Shown here: positions 43,635 through 44,240 of the stretch, piece by piece
Layout of the letters: each line of letters opens with the position of its first letter
Position numbering within the stretch: the stretch's first letter is position 1
From: Candidatus Omnitrophota bacterium
Lineage (GTDB): Bacteria > Omnitrophota > Gorgyraeia > 2-01-FULL-45-10
NCBI GenBank assembly: GCA_026387155.1
Contig: JAPLMF010000019.1
Span: forward strand, 1 to 44,240
Direction of reading: 5' to 3'
DNA length: 44,240 nt
Notes under the pieces: generated by a model
The model's database searches: none
What the model was told of the DNA's origin: nothing
Seen by the model: only the letters and a program-made list of their open reading frames with translations
Program-made: the position numbers and the translations under genes

Positions 43635-44240
43635 GCCGTCCCGAGATCCCCGTATCTGCAAAGCTTTATTCCATTATCGGCTATAGCTCTTTTTGCCTTC
43701 GCTCCGGTAAGGGCGTAAAGCTCCTCCTCGCAATTTATGTGAAACCGGTAATGGTATAGGACCTCGGGATCGAGGAATCCGGGATGTGCAACAAGCTCGG
43801 TTACGCCTTCTTTTATACTCCCGATCATTCTTAAAAGGACATCCTCGCCCACGGCCCCTGAATCGAGAAATCCGAGAAAATTATCTGCTGCGCCGAGGCC
43901 GGATTTTTTTAACAACTTTTCCATCCCGGGATGAAAGTAGTCCACCACGGCGGACCTGAATATTTTATTCAAGGAAAAGGGGGGCGCAATAGCCTCTTTC
44001 CGAAGGACCCTGATGTAACGAACCCCATATTCTTTGGCCAGGCCGATAAGGACCCTGAATATCCCGGGTATCATGTGGAGATGCTCATGGCTCGATAAGT
44101 TAGTTATCATGGCTCCGGAATTGGCCGCCCTATCCATCTGGCTCTTTAATTCTATCTTCACATGCTCGATATCGATATGGCCGGAAAATAATCTCTGGAG
44201 GAATTTAACGCGTGATCCGGGAAACAACCCGTTCTCGTCG
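43631..44240 (-). CDS. YdjC/ChbG-family carbohydrate deacetylase (N-terminus beyond the window edge)
   Basis: SSHEHLHMIPGIF...ELVAHPGF is typical of the YdjC family. The open frame continues to the window end. Confidence 0.6.
   Translation of the reverse strand, partial: DENGLFPGSRVKFLQRLFSGHIDIEHVKIELKSQMDRAANSGAMITNLSSHEHLHMIPGIFRVLIGLAKEYGVRYIRVLRKEAIAPPFSLNKIFRSAVVDYFHPGMEKLLKKSGLGAADNFLGFLDSGAVGEDVLLRMIGSIKEGVTELVAHPGFLDPEVLYHYRFHINCEEELYALTGAKAKRAIADNGIKLCRYGDLGTA

Noticed and set aside
43917-43931. 15-nt match (ttccatcccgggatg) to the central smpB-upstream palindrome, inside the YdjC-like gene
   Set aside because: It lies within a coding region (encoding ..HPGME..) and lacks the full palindrome arms. 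I treated it as coincidental, although a genome-wide motif count would settle this.
1-44240. CRISPR arrays, rRNA genes, IS-type transposases with terminal inverted repeats
   Set aside because: I saw no regularly spaced short repeats, no rRNA-like sequence and no transposase-like ORFs on either strand. The only mobility genes found are the three serine recombinases.

Overview
The window reads as a Gram-negative-type chromosome segment, with housekeeping genes almost all on the minus strand: asmA-like, rph-rdgB, fumarate hydratase, queFECD, murI, amidase, der, an envelope-glycan locus, smpB/tmRNA, and tRNAs His, Arg-CCG, Arg-UCU, Pro and Leu. It is interrupted by three related integrated elements. 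The main result is a tandem pair of islands in the 3' end of tRNA-Arg(UCU). The tRNA's last 10-11 nt (tggcgtccct[g] on the + strand) occur three times as direct repeats, at 7342, 18535 and 24818. Homologous arm sequences link these junctions. Element B (~7353-18534) carries a complete kdpFABC operon. That operon has a consensus promoter, a c-di-AMP (ydaO-class) riboswitch with terminator, and a kdpD-like gene that lacks the phospho-accepting His and the ATPase domain. Element B also carries an XRE/ImmA pair. Element C (~18545-24817) carries a pseudopilin/minor-pilin cassette whose promoter has a G9 tract in its spacer. Both elements end, on the tRNA side, with the same module: a divergent sigma-70 region-2-like gene, a DUF2924-like gene, a large serine recombinase and a ParB-like HTH gene. 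A third, more divergent copy of this module (861-2935) has the HTH fused to the recombinase and abuts tRNA-His in the same geometry (element A, truncated by the window edge). Each element supplies a terminator hairpin about 35-45 nt past the rebuilt tRNA end. Smaller observations: an active-site Arg->Gln in recombinase B and a TGG->TGA nonsense codon in the sigma-like gene of C. There is also a 2-nt-type frameshift fusing queF to fumA, and a decayed B12/radical-SAM gene with a G7 tract. A cluster of three palindromes lies upstream of smpB, and the tmRNA has an unusually long inferred tag. All calls rest on manual reading and motif recognition. No database search or computation was possible.
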